DNA from: Stramenopiles sp. TOSAG23-2
Lineage: Eukaryota
Reading direction: 5' to 3'
Assembly: GCA_900128395.1 (NCBI GenBank)
Contig: LT649360.1
Coordinates: 1-32,936 of the forward strand
Length of the DNA: 32,936 bases
Part shown: piece by piece, positions 21,716 to 31,557 of the stretch
How the letters are laid out: the number at the start of each line of letters is the position of its first letter
How positions within the stretch are numbered: the stretch's first letter is position 1
Notes under the pieces: model-generated
What the model saw: the letters and a program-made list of their open reading frames with translations, nothing else
What the model was told of the DNA's origin: nothing
The model's database searches: none
Made by a program: the position numbers and the translations under genes

Positions 21716-22357
21716 CTTGGTGCCTTGCTGGCTTGATTGATATTTACGTGCATACCATTTATATATTCGCAAAAAAATCCAAATAGCAGGCGCATAGAAT
21801 TAGGAATAAGTTATAAAAAAGATATTTCTTTTTTATTTATTATTATTGCACTCCCAGCACTCCAGTTTTTACTTTTTAGTAGGATGACATATTAATAAGC
21901 ATAAGCACCAACTAACAAAAGCTGCGGTGCAGTTGTGAGTGGCAACTTTCCCTTAATCATCCTTGCTATTAATATTTGATAGGAGATTTAAATCAAAAAA
22001 CATAAATGAAATGTGCCATATAAAAAAACGAGGAGAAAAAAAGCAGCAAAAATAATCAAAAATGTGAAATAGAAAAAAAAATGGAGGAGGAAAAAAATAT
22101 TAATAAATAATAATGATGAGCACATGATGTTAATGTGTGCTAATTAACAACTAATTACTATGTAGAAAGAAGAAGAAAGATTCTCTCTCTATATATATAT
22201 TACTCATTATCTATAAACTTTTATTTACATAGTGAGGACGAAAATAATAATACTAAAAAGCTTTCTTTAAGAATATTTATAATTGACAACTAATATTATT
22301 TATAGATCTTCTATTGAAATAAAAAAAAGATAAATACTATTTACAACAACAGAAAAG

Positions 22358-24019
22358 ATGGCATCACTTGCATCAGGAGGTAATAACAATAACAACAACA
22401 ACAACAATGGAAAAGTTGAGAAGAATGAAAAGAACCAACATCAAGGTAGCGACAAAAAGAAGAAAAACAAAAACAAAAAAGGCGGTGGTAGACCACCCGT
22501 CAAATTTGTAGAAGGTATGTCATATGACAAACAAACATGTAGAATGCTGCGTAATGAACTAATAAAACGTGGCTTAAGAAGAACTGGTATAAAAGAGGAC
22601 TTAATTAAACGACTAAAAGATGATGATAACAACCCAAACAATGAAGATATGCAAGTAGAAGAAGCAGAACAGGTAGAAGCACCGATAGAAGCCGTAGGAG
22701 GAATACAACGACAAGAAAGTATGCAATTACCAGATTTAAATGACCTAGATTTGATGTGTGGTATTACAAAAGATTTATTTGTAGATCCTGTTGTGACGTG
22801 TGACGGACATACATATTCACGTCGTGCTATTGAAAGATGGTTTAACGACGGTCATAATACATCACCAAATACTGGATTAGCACTAGATACACTACGATTA
22901 TATCCAAGTATTTTTGCAAAAAAACGTGTAGAAGAATATAAAAATAAATGTGGACTTAAATTAATTGAATTACTTGAGAGAAATGAGATTGGTCGTGTTG
23001 ATGAAATGCTAGAAGGTGATCTAGCAAATTTGGAAGCTCGTCGTGAAGGTGATCGTAAAACACCACTGTTAGTAGCTGCTGATATGAACTTATATGAAAT
23101 TGTAGAATTATTAATTAGTAATGGTGCGGATATTAATGCGACTGATGCAGATGGAATTGGTATGGGAAATTTAATACCTTCGTATATTAATAAATGGAAG
23201 ACAGAATTTGATGGGAAGACGGAAGTGGATTTGTCTGGAAAGAATCTTACCAATGTGGATGCATTAGCTATTGGTGAATTGTTAAAAACAAATAAGGCAT
23301 TAATGCACTTGAACCTAGAAAATAATAATATTACTGATGTACAAAGTATTGGTGATGCATTAAAAACAAACAATACATTAAAGCAATTGTCCCTAATTAA
23401 TAATAATATTACTAATGTACAAAGTATTGGTGATGCATTAAAAACAAACAATACATTAAAGCAATTGTACCTAGGTGATAATAATATTACTGATGTACAA
23501 AGTATTGGTGAAGGATTAAAAACAAACAATACATTAAAGACATTGTCCCTACATAATAATCAACTTAGTGATAATATAATATCACAATTAAATGCTATAG
23601 AACAATATAAGAGAGATGGATCAAACAGGTATCAACAAGTGGAAGGGATGGTGATAGCGGCATTGTATAATATTACTGATGTACAAAGTATTGGTGAAGG
23701 ATTAAAAACAAACAATACATTAGAGAGATTGTACCTATCTTATAATAATATTACTGATGTACAAAGTATTGGTGATGTATTAAAAACAAACAATACATTA
23801 ACGACATTGGACCTACAAAATAGTAATATTACTGATGATGCTGGAATACAAAGTATTATTGATGTATTAAAAACAAACAATACATTAAAGTACTTGCACC
23901 TAGGTGATAATCAACTTAATGATAATATGAAATCACAATTAAGAGCTATAAAACAATATAAAAGAGAAGGATCAAACGGGTATCAACAAGTGGAAGGGAT
24001 GATTATATTCGCATCATAA
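22358..24019 (+). CDS. SAP + U-box + ankyrin + RI-like LRR protein (putative E3 ubiquitin ligase)
   Basis: SAP: YDKQTCRMLRNELIKRGLRRTGIKEDLIKRL; U-box: MCGITKDLFVDPVVTCDGHTYSRRAIERWF...SPNTG; ANK: KTPLLVAADMNLYEIVELLISNGADINA; LRRs: LKTNNTLxxLxLxxNNITDVQSIGDA. Confidence 0.88.
   Translation: MASLASGGNNNNNNNNNGKVEKNEKNQHQGSDKKKKNKNKKGGGRPPVKFVEGMSYDKQTCRMLRNELIKRGLRRTGIKEDLIKRLKDDDNNPNNEDMQVEEAEQVEAPIEAVGGIQRQESMQLPDLNDLDLMCGITKDLFVDPVVTCDGHTYSRRAIERWFNDGHNTSPNTGLALDTLRLYPSIFAKKRVEEYKNKCGLKLIELLERNEIGRVDEMLEGDLANLEARREGDRKTPLLVAADMNLYEIVELLISNGADINATDADGIGMGNLIPSYINKWKTEFDGKTEVDLSGKNLTNVDALAIGELLKTNKALMHLNLENNNITDVQSIGDALKTNNTLKQLSLINNNITNVQSIGDALKTNNTLKQLYLGDNNITDVQSIGEGLKTNNTLKTLSLHNNQLSDNIISQLNAIEQYKRDGSNRYQQVEGMVIAALYNITDVQSIGEGLKTNNTLERLYLSYNNITDVQSIGDVLKTNNTLTTLDLQNSNITDDAGIQSIIDVLKTNNTLKYLHLGDNQLNDNMKSQLRAIKQYKREGSNGYQQVEGMIIFAS
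23282..23912 (+). repeat. 78-bp LRR-coding tandem repeats in two blocks (seven units)
   Basis: Units start ttaaaaacaaa(c/t)aa at 23282, 23360, 23438, 23516, 23702, 23780 and 23867. Confidence 0.9.
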
Positions 24020-24611
24020 TTATAAATATATATTATATATATTATATTTATGTTCTACCAACTACAATATTCCTATATATTCGCAAAAATAATAAGACCC
24101 TTTTAGTTTTAGTTTGAGAGAATTGTGCAATTTAAAATTTATTAATTTGCAGCAAGTCTGCTACCACCTGCTTATTTATAATGCTGTATACCTCCTATCA
24201 ACAATTCAATGCTATACACCTGCTATTTGTTTTGTACAAATCATCTTCCTCATAAAATTCTGGCCATCCAAGGCCATTGATCGAGCCGCCTTGTGCCATT
24301 TCCAATATATATATGTATGTATGTATGTGTGAAGATACAGCAGAGGACATTCACACAGAGACATTCACACAGAGACAGACAGATATATATTATATACCAC
24401 CAACGTATATTATACAAACACAAACAAATATTACAATATATAAATATTTATCATATCAACAACAACAAAAAAGCAATAATTACCTACAAAAAACACACAC
24501 ATAATGTCCTCCTTATCAGAACAATTACAACGGATTCAAGGACAAACGGAATCAACGAAAAATAAAGTGAAAAAAGGACGTGCGTCGATTTTATTAAAAA
24601 ACACACACATA

Positions 24612-27600
24612 ATGTCCTCCTTATCAGAACAATTACAACGGATTCAAGGACAAACGGAATCAACGAAAAATAAAGTGAAAAAAGGACGTGCGTCGATTTT
24701 ATTTGATGCAAATGTTGCTGCCGACATTGATTCTGATAGCATCTATACCATGGGTTTGAATGGTTATAAAGAGCTATGTTCCTATGATGCACAATTGGAA
24801 CAATATGAAAGTAGCTTATTTAGTAAAACTGCATATGCATGTAGAAGAGATTTACAAACGGTTGAATTTAATAACGAATTAAATAGTTCGATAGGTAAAT
24901 TTTTAAGGCACGTATCGGCATATGTATTATTAAAACCAACTCATAAAGTTTTTGAATATTTTGTTAGGCATTTTAAAATACATGAAAAAAATGTAGATAT
25001 GTTTTTAGATGCAGTTTTGCCATTTCATTCCACCAATATTTTTCTACGTGTATTATCCATATGCGCGATTGAAGGTACTCGTTGGGAATTTTTATCAAAA
25101 GCACAACGTAATTTTGCTTCTATTGAACGTAAAGTGTTAGTAACTAGATGTTGTGACGATATGTCATTGGTAAATTTTCTATGTGATAGTGTACGCAATG
25201 TATCCGATGGTACACATCAGACAAAGGTAAAGGTAACCTTTACCACTGTCGTTTTGATTGAAGTATTGGAACGTTGTAAAAACCATCAAGAACGGAAAAA
25301 AAGTTTATTTACAAGGTTATTGCCATATATTACAGATGGTATAAAATGCCGTACCTGTTTTGATTTTCAAGTATCAGGTTATATGATTGTAAGTTCTATA
25401 TGTAAATGTGGTGCAAGACTTACACAAAATTTATTTGCATATTTAATATCAACAATAACTGTAAACATGAATGAAAGTAAATTGGATGTATCCATACGAT
25501 GTTTAGTATGCGTATACCAAGCTGCAAAAAATCAACAAGTTGAGATACCATTACCACAAAAACCATATAATAAGTTGAAAAATATGGGCGAAACATTAGT
25601 AAAAGTATTGAAAAATATTGTAATTGTTGAAAATATTGATATATCAGCATTCATATCAAAGTTTTTATTAAAATTATTGCAAAATATTACTAGTGTTAAT
25701 GGTAATACATTGCGTACATTTCAATTGTTGCATTTCATCATTGATGAATTGCCATTGAATAACCATGTGCAAGATATGACAACACATATTTTTACTGTAT
25801 TAAATGAAAACAATATATTAAATCGTACAGAAAAAGATACGATTGAATTAAAAATGAAAATTAAAGATTTAATTATATCAATATCAAAAAAATATCCAAA
25901 TTTAATTGATAATGCAATGGAAAATTCATTTAAAAGTATTATGGAAATAAACAATCAGGTCCAAACAACGAAAGGGGAAAGCGATAAGGAACCTGGCAAA
26001 GCAGTTGTTAATTTTATAACAGATGTATTTTCATTTTCTAAACATCGCCCTGTGAATAATTCTAATACAACATTATTTTTAGCATTGGAACATTCCTTAG
26101 AAGCAGTGCGTTTGGAAGCATTAGAAACATTACAATCAATTATTTTATCATTAAATAAAAGTAATGATAATAATAATGATGATGATGATGATGATGACGC
26201 ATTTGAATTTGTACATCAAGCTATTAATGCAAGATTACGTGTAGATGAATCTCCACAAGTTTTAAAGCAACTTGTTCATTTAGTCCAGTCAATCGAGTGG
26301 CAATGGGAGGAAACACATGCAACAACATTTTTGAATGCTTTAAATATTGCATTGAAACGATTAGCTAATAATAAGCAATTATTACATACGAGGCGAGAAA
26401 TTTTTACATTGTTAAGTTCAAACTTTACAGAAGCATTATCAGATAATGAAAAAATGCAATCATTAAGTTTAGAATTAATTTTAAATGATATTCCACCAAT
26501 GTCATTAATTGAAAAAAAATGGATGGGGGGTTTTGATGGGGAGACTGCCAGAGTTGCAATTAAAGTTGCTAATGATTCGAAACATTTACTTTTTGGAAAT
26601 ACTTCAAGAACAAAAGGTAAACGTGGAAAGAAGAAAAAAAGTACAAAAAAAGCTGATAGTAACACCGATACGTCGTTAGCATCGTTAATATCAAATTTGC
26701 AAAAGCAAATGGCAAATTACGTTGTTAACGATTTAGATGCTGCGTTGATACAAATTGAAGGACTAAATTTAAAACCATCTAGTTACGAATTTATCCTGGA
26801 AATGTTAAATACAATTGATCTAAATGGAACAACCGTTTCATCTTCAAATCAGGATACCATACCTAAAACTATAATCAGGTTATGTTTTCAACACTTTAAT
26901 AAATTAGTTAGAAATGGGAGGGAACTATATTTTAAAGCAGAAATATTAAAACAAGCATCAAATTTTGATCTTGAAAATTTGAAAGATATTAGAGAATGCA
27001 TGAACGTTGGTATAGATGCATTTAATAATTGTAAAATACAGAAAACTGCTTCGTCAGAAGTATATGTCATAGCATCATTATTACTAGCTTTATGGACTAC
27101 ATCTACGGTTAATATTACTGATAATAATAATAATAATAATAATAACGATATAAACCAAGAAATGCAAACTTTAATGTCAAAACATTTTGATGGGGCAGCA
27201 TTAGAAATTTTGTTGCTTGTTTCCCAATCGTTGGAAAAGTATTCAAGCGATATGCCATCCAATATTTTAAATGCAATACAATATAATTGTTGGTTTTTAA
27301 TAGATCTATGCATGAAATCAATAAGCGATAGTGTATCTGGAAGTCGTACATCGAAACGAAATATGATATCGATTGATTTTCAGCTGTTGTTACCCTACAT
27401 ACTTGTAGCACAACATTTTTTTGGCGGTAATACAATTTCAGAAGATGAAGAAGAAAACATTATACAATGGTTTATACATTATGCCGAATTTTTCCTACAG
27501 CAAAATGCAAAATATGCCGTATTTATGTTGCTAGCATTACAAAAAGCACCTTCAGCAAAAGTTGTAAGAAATTTCAGTAGTCTTATAGATACGTTGCTGG

Positions 27601-30600
27601 AACAATATGCTTCAAAAAGTTCTGATAATGAACAAGCAATGGAGGAACATGTTGGTACTATTACATTAAAATATGTTGAGGAATGCTTTGAAGCATGCAT
27701 TAATCATTTTTCAAACGATGATGAAAATGAAAAAATGGATATGGCTACTATTCAACCATTTTTAAACATATTGAATTCAAATGTTTGTAGCAATGAGACC
27801 TATATTCCTCAAAATCATGCATTGAAATGTATTACTAGTGGGTTTTGTAATTTATTGCCTGATAATGGTGCAGAGGAAATATTTAAAATTTTATTCACTA
27901 TGCTCATTACAAATCAAGCTTCTATTTCGCGTGCTGATATTTTTGAAGGTATAAAAAATCTTGAACTTGGATCCGATATATTATTAAATTATATTCATGA
28001 TTTATTAGAAGATGCAAATAATAATAATGGAAGTAGCAAAAAAGGAAAGAAGAAGAGAAAAAAGAAAAAGGCAGAGGAAGACGATAATATTACTACAAAT
28101 AATACGACAGAATTACCATTAGATTGGATATCAAAAGCAACAATCCTTGCTGAAATTTGCAATGTCAAAGAAGATTTGCGTAAATCAAGGGAAATTGCAT
28201 TTTGCTTATTAAATATTTTAAACGTAATTTTAAATTCAAATGTTGATACCAACAATCAATATAGCCCAATCGAATATTGTAAGCATATATTGATGGAAGG
28301 TGTACGTGCATTATTACAAAATTCTATATTAGAAATTTCATTAAAAACAGATGCAAACAAAAATAAAAACAAGAAAAAAAGAAAAAAGAATCAACAAAGC
28401 ATTGAGACGGAAATTACTGAAAAACATGCTGAGATTCTTGTTCTATGTGTGCAACAAACAAATAGTAGTCAAACTAGAAATTCAGGTTTGTTACTGTTGG
28501 CACATTTATCAAAAGAAAGTCCAGAAATTTTATTAAACGCGTTGGTACCAGTCTTCACATATATGGGCAAGTCTGCTACGATGCATGATGATAATTTTAC
28601 CTTTCATGTAGTGCAGCGCATTGTTGAAAGTGTCGTTGGTGCAGTTCAAGAAGTTCAAGGAAAACATAATGTTACCTTGCGCAAACTATTGAATGTCTTT
28701 GTGCAAGCATTGGCACAAATCAATCCACATCGTCGACAGCGCTTAATGTTTATGGTCGTTTCAATTATGCAACCTGGTGCATTAGCAAGCATGATGGCAT
28801 TGTTATTTTCTAGAAATAGTAGTGATAAAGAAGCCTTAATGAATGGAAACATGGATGGAGATGTAGACATGGAAGATAATACTAGTAGTAGTAGTAATAA
28901 TAATAATAATAATACATTTACGACGTATGATAAAATTGAATTTGGTTTAGGTTTATCACATCGTTTTTCAGCAGAAGAGCAAGCTATGATGATCGCTAGG
29001 TTGTTGAATAGTATAGTGAAGGAAAAATTGTACGAGGACAACACTATGGATGATTCCGATGATGATGATGATGATGAAGAAGATATTAATGTAGGAGCGG
29101 GATTAATCGATACACAAAATAATTTTAAAGATGCGAGAGCATATGTAAAAGACGTGTTGCGATTTTTATATCAACATATTTCATCAAAAGGTTTTCTTCG
29201 AAGACTTGTACATGCACAATATAAGAGTGGCAACAACAATCGTAACAAAAATAACAACAACGATGCTGCATCGATAATTGATAAAGCATTCTTTCACTCG
29301 TGTACCAATATAATAACGTTTATGAGACGTATTTCTCGAAAGCTAAGCGACGGTCCAAATGCAAAGGAAAAATCATTTTTAGAATCATTGTCAACAGATT
29401 TATACAGCACACTTGCGAAGATTAATGCAGCATTATCAACACCAAGTTTCCTTACGATTACCGGGGAGCTATTGCAACATAGTGACGTGTTAGTGCGTAA
29501 AACCGCATTGTCCTTATTTATTGAAAAGATTGAGGATATCCATGGAGATCTAACGGAAGAGGAAACGGTTATGTTTCTCGATATGCTCGGACCTATTAAA
29601 GAATTGCTATCATCAACGCGGCCAAAGAAAAATGAAGTTCAAGATTATCAAATTGCAATATATACACTTGATATTTTAGTCGATGCGTTTGGTAAAGAAT
29701 ATTCTTTACGGTTTAAAGATTTTCAATCTTTATTGTGTAGATTATTGGATACAGATGTTTGCCAGAAAAGCGTTATTTTGCTTAATTGTACGCATATTAG
29801 CTTGGCTAAAATGTGTGACGTTTTTGGTCCATCGGCATTGCCTATATTACCAAAATTGATGCCATCATTATTAAAATGCCTAGATAAATACTTCAATGTC
29901 ACTTCAGAAATGATAAATAATTTCACAGATTCGGAACGTGATCTATTAGATACATCATTGAAAGCACTTGCAATTGTTGTCGGTCGTTTGCCAAAGTTTT
30001 GTACTCCGTATTTAAATAAAATATTATCATTTTTGCTTACCAGAGCGGAAGGTAGTGTAGAAACGATAGAAGGTCTTGGTCAATTTGCCGAGCAGTTAAC
30101 GTCAGTTGTTGCAGCAAATATTGAATCGAGGGTATTATTGCCAATCTTATACAATCTGTTCCCTGGTTTATCTGATTCAAAGCATAAATGCCGTCTATTT
30201 GATATGATCAATGCGCACATTGAAGTTATTCCAAATGATTGGATGAAAAAGAATTACATGCAAATATTTAAATTGTTTTTACAATCTTTTAAAGGTCATG
30301 ATAATTTAACGTTTGAAGAATCTTTATCGTATCGCCAATCGTTGTTAGATGCATTTACATCATTAATTTTAAAATTAAATGAAAAACGAATGAGACCTTT
30401 GTTCTTTAAAATTAAAGAATTCTTATTAGATGATGCACATGATTATGATGTGAAACGATCTCGCAAAGTATTGTTATATCATTTGTGTGAAAAATTAATA
30501 ACAAAACTAAAATCAATCTTTATACCATTTTTGGTGTATGTATATGAACCAGCAACGGATGAAGTGAAAGAATTTGTCAATCGTTTCAAGGATAAAGGTA

Positions 30601-31166
30601 AATTAAAGAAACGAAAAATTACAACAGATTTGGAATGGCATATACAATCTGTGAAATATGTCTTATCAATGTTTGAAAAATGTTTTGTATATGATGCTGC
30701 AGCTGCTGCAATCAAAGGCAATGATGATTATGATAAATTTGTAAATCAAACGCGATTTAACGTAATGGTTGCACCTCTAACGGATGTTGTGACATGTTGC
30801 TCATTAGATCGTGTTGCAACGGATGGTGATTATGTCGATTTGATGAATAATTATCTTACACCATGTGTTGCAAATTTTGCATTGGCTGCTGGTAATGATG
30901 AATTATGGAAATCATTGCATCACCGTTTGTGTTTACATACAAGAAATGAAGAACCAATGGGAAGATATCATACATTGAAAACGATACAAGAATGCTTTGA
31001 AAATGTCGGTGAGGAGTATTTAATCATGTTGCCAGAAACGATTTCTTATTTATCCGAATTGTTAGAAGATACAGATACGGAAGTGGAAAATTTAGCACGT
31101 GGATTGAAAGCATTGTTGGAAAAATTAAATGGTGGTGAAAGCTTGGATAGTTATTTGTTTGGTTGA
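24612..31166 (+). CDS. UTP10: U3 snoRNP protein UTP10 / HEAT repeat-containing protein 1 (BAP28)
   Basis: N-terminus MSSLSEQLQRI...RASILFD..AADID...LNG..EL; MFLDAVLPFHSTNIFLR; central VPVFTYMG...HDDNFTFHVVQRIV; C-terminal LKLNEKRMRPLF and LPETISYLSELLED; ~2180 aa. The ATG at 24504 belongs to an exact 108-bp duplication of the start. Confidence 0.95.
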   Translation: MSSLSEQLQRIQGQTESTKNKVKKGRASILFDANVAADIDSDSIYTMGLNGYKELCSYDAQLEQYESSLFSKTAYACRRDLQTVEFNNELNSSIGKFLRHVSAYVLLKPTHKVFEYFVRHFKIHEKNVDMFLDAVLPFHSTNIFLRVLSICAIEGTRWEFLSKAQRNFASIERKVLVTRCCDDMSLVNFLCDSVRNVSDGTHQTKVKVTFTTVVLIEVLERCKNHQERKKSLFTRLLPYITDGIKCRTCFDFQVSGYMIVSSICKCGARLTQNLFAYLISTITVNMNESKLDVSIRCLVCVYQAAKNQQVEIPLPQKPYNKLKNMGETLVKVLKNIVIVENIDISAFISKFLLKLLQNITSVNGNTLRTFQLLHFIIDELPLNNHVQDMTTHIFTVLNENNILNRTEKDTIELKMKIKDLIISISKKYPNLIDNAMENSFKSIMEINNQVQTTKGESDKEPGKAVVNFITDVFSFSKHRPVNNSNTTLFLALEHSLEAVRLEALETLQSIILSLNKSNDNNNDDDDDDDAFEFVHQAINARLRVDESPQVLKQLVHLVQSIEWQWEETHATTFLNALNIALKRLANNKQLLHTRREIFTLLSSNFTEALSDNEKMQSLSLELILNDIPPMSLIEKKWMGGFDGETARVAIKVANDSKHLLFGNTSRTKGKRGKKKKSTKKADSNTDTSLASLISNLQKQMANYVVNDLDAALIQIEGLNLKPSSYEFILEMLNTIDLNGTTVSSSNQDTIPKTIIRLCFQHFNKLVRNGRELYFKAEILKQASNFDLENLKDIRECMNVGIDAFNNCKIQKTASSEVYVIASLLLALWTTSTVNITDNNNNNNNNDINQEMQTLMSKHFDGAALEILLLVSQSLEKYSSDMPSNILNAIQYNCWFLIDLCMKSISDSVSGSRTSKRNMISIDFQLLLPYILVAQHFFGGNTISEDEEENIIQWFIHYAEFFLQQNAKYAVFMLLALQKAPSAKVVRNFSSLIDTLLEQYASKSSDNEQAMEEHVGTITLKYVEECFEACINHFSNDDENEKMDMATIQPFLNILNSNVCSNETYIPQNHALKCITSGFCNLLPDNGAEEIFKILFTMLITNQASISRADIFEGIKNLELGSDILLNYIHDLLEDANNNNGSSKKGKKKRKKKKAEEDDNITTNNTTELPLDWISKATILAEICNVKEDLRKSREIAFCLLNILNVILNSNVDTNNQYSPIEYCKHILMEGVRALLQNSILEISLKTDANKNKNKKKRKKNQQSIETEITEKHAEILVLCVQQTNSSQTRNSGLLLLAHLSKESPEILLNALVPVFTYMGKSATMHDDNFTFHVVQRIVESVVGAVQEVQGKHNVTLRKLLNVFVQALAQINPHRRQRLMFMVVSIMQPGALASMMALLFSRNSSDKEALMNGNMDGDVDMEDNTSSSSNNNNNNTFTTYDKIEFGLGLSHRFSAEEQAMMIARLLNSIVKEKLYEDNTMDDSDDDDDDEEDINVGAGLIDTQNNFKDARAYVKDVLRFLYQHISSKGFLRRLVHAQYKSGNNNRNKNNNNDAASIIDKAFFHSCTNIITFMRRISRKLSDGPNAKEKSFLESLSTDLYSTLAKINAALSTPSFLTITGELLQHSDVLVRKTALSLFIEKIEDIHGDLTEEETVMFLDMLGPIKELLSSTRPKKNEVQDYQIAIYTLDILVDAFGKEYSLRFKDFQSLLCRLLDTDVCQKSVILLNCTHISLAKMCDVFGPSALPILPKLMPSLLKCLDKYFNVTSEMINNFTDSERDLLDTSLKALAIVVGRLPKFCTPYLNKILSFLLTRAEGSVETIEGLGQFAEQLTSVVAANIESRVLLPILYNLFPGLSDSKHKCRLFDMINAHIEVIPNDWMKKNYMQIFKLFLQSFKGHDNLTFEESLSYRQSLLDAFTSLILKLNEKRMRPLFFKIKEFLLDDAHDYDVKRSRKVLLYHLCEKLITKLKSIFIPFLVYVYEPATDEVKEFVNRFKDKGKLKKRKITTDLEWHIQSVKYVLSMFEKCFVYDAAAAAIKGNDDYDKFVNQTRFNVMVAPLTDVVTCCSLDRVATDGDYVDLMNNYLTPCVANFALAAGNDELWKSLHHRLCLHTRNEEPMGRYHTLKTIQECFENVGEEYLIMLPETISYLSELLEDTDTEVENLARGLKALLEKLNGGESLDSYLFG

Positions 31167-31557
31167 CAGTAAAATGTGTATGTTAGAAAAAGTACTGTGT
31201 ATGTGCGCGTGTATTTAATTTTACGAAAAATTTTACCTTTTAAAATTATTACCGCGTGAATTAAATGGTGGTGAAAGCTTGGATAGTTATTTGTTTGGTT
31301 GACAGTAAAATGTGTATGTTAGAAAAAGTACTGTGTATGTGCGCGTGTATTTAATTTTACGAAAAATTTTACCTTTTAAAATTATTACCGCGTGTCGTAC
31401 TTCGTAAATAATTGTTTTCGTATTAAATTTTATTTTTAAATAATTAAAATTAAACCGAAATACTTTTTTTAATATTTTTACGAACCGTACACCACATCAG
31501 CACCCACCACCTCATCAAATTATCAAATTTAATTACCCACGCACCCTCTCTCTCTCT

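Noticed and set aside
23282-23912. Diversity-generating retroelement or CRISPR interpretation of the LRR repeats (NNC/NNG variable codons; repeat-spacer look)
   Set aside because: Framework adenines, including silent ones, are invariant; no template repeat, reverse transcriptase or cas gene is visible; units are in-frame LRR coding repeats.
24504-24611. Duplicated N-terminal peptide of UTP10
   Set aside because: Exact 108-bp copy including 5' UTR; same class as the other likely artefactual duplications.
308-30721. Numerous short antisense or alternate-frame ORFs in the track (e.g. 308-556, 3383-3823, 22852-23529, 26276-26665)
   Set aside because: They overlap well-supported genes and are shadows of low-complexity Asn/Asp/Lys codons, with no independent motifs.
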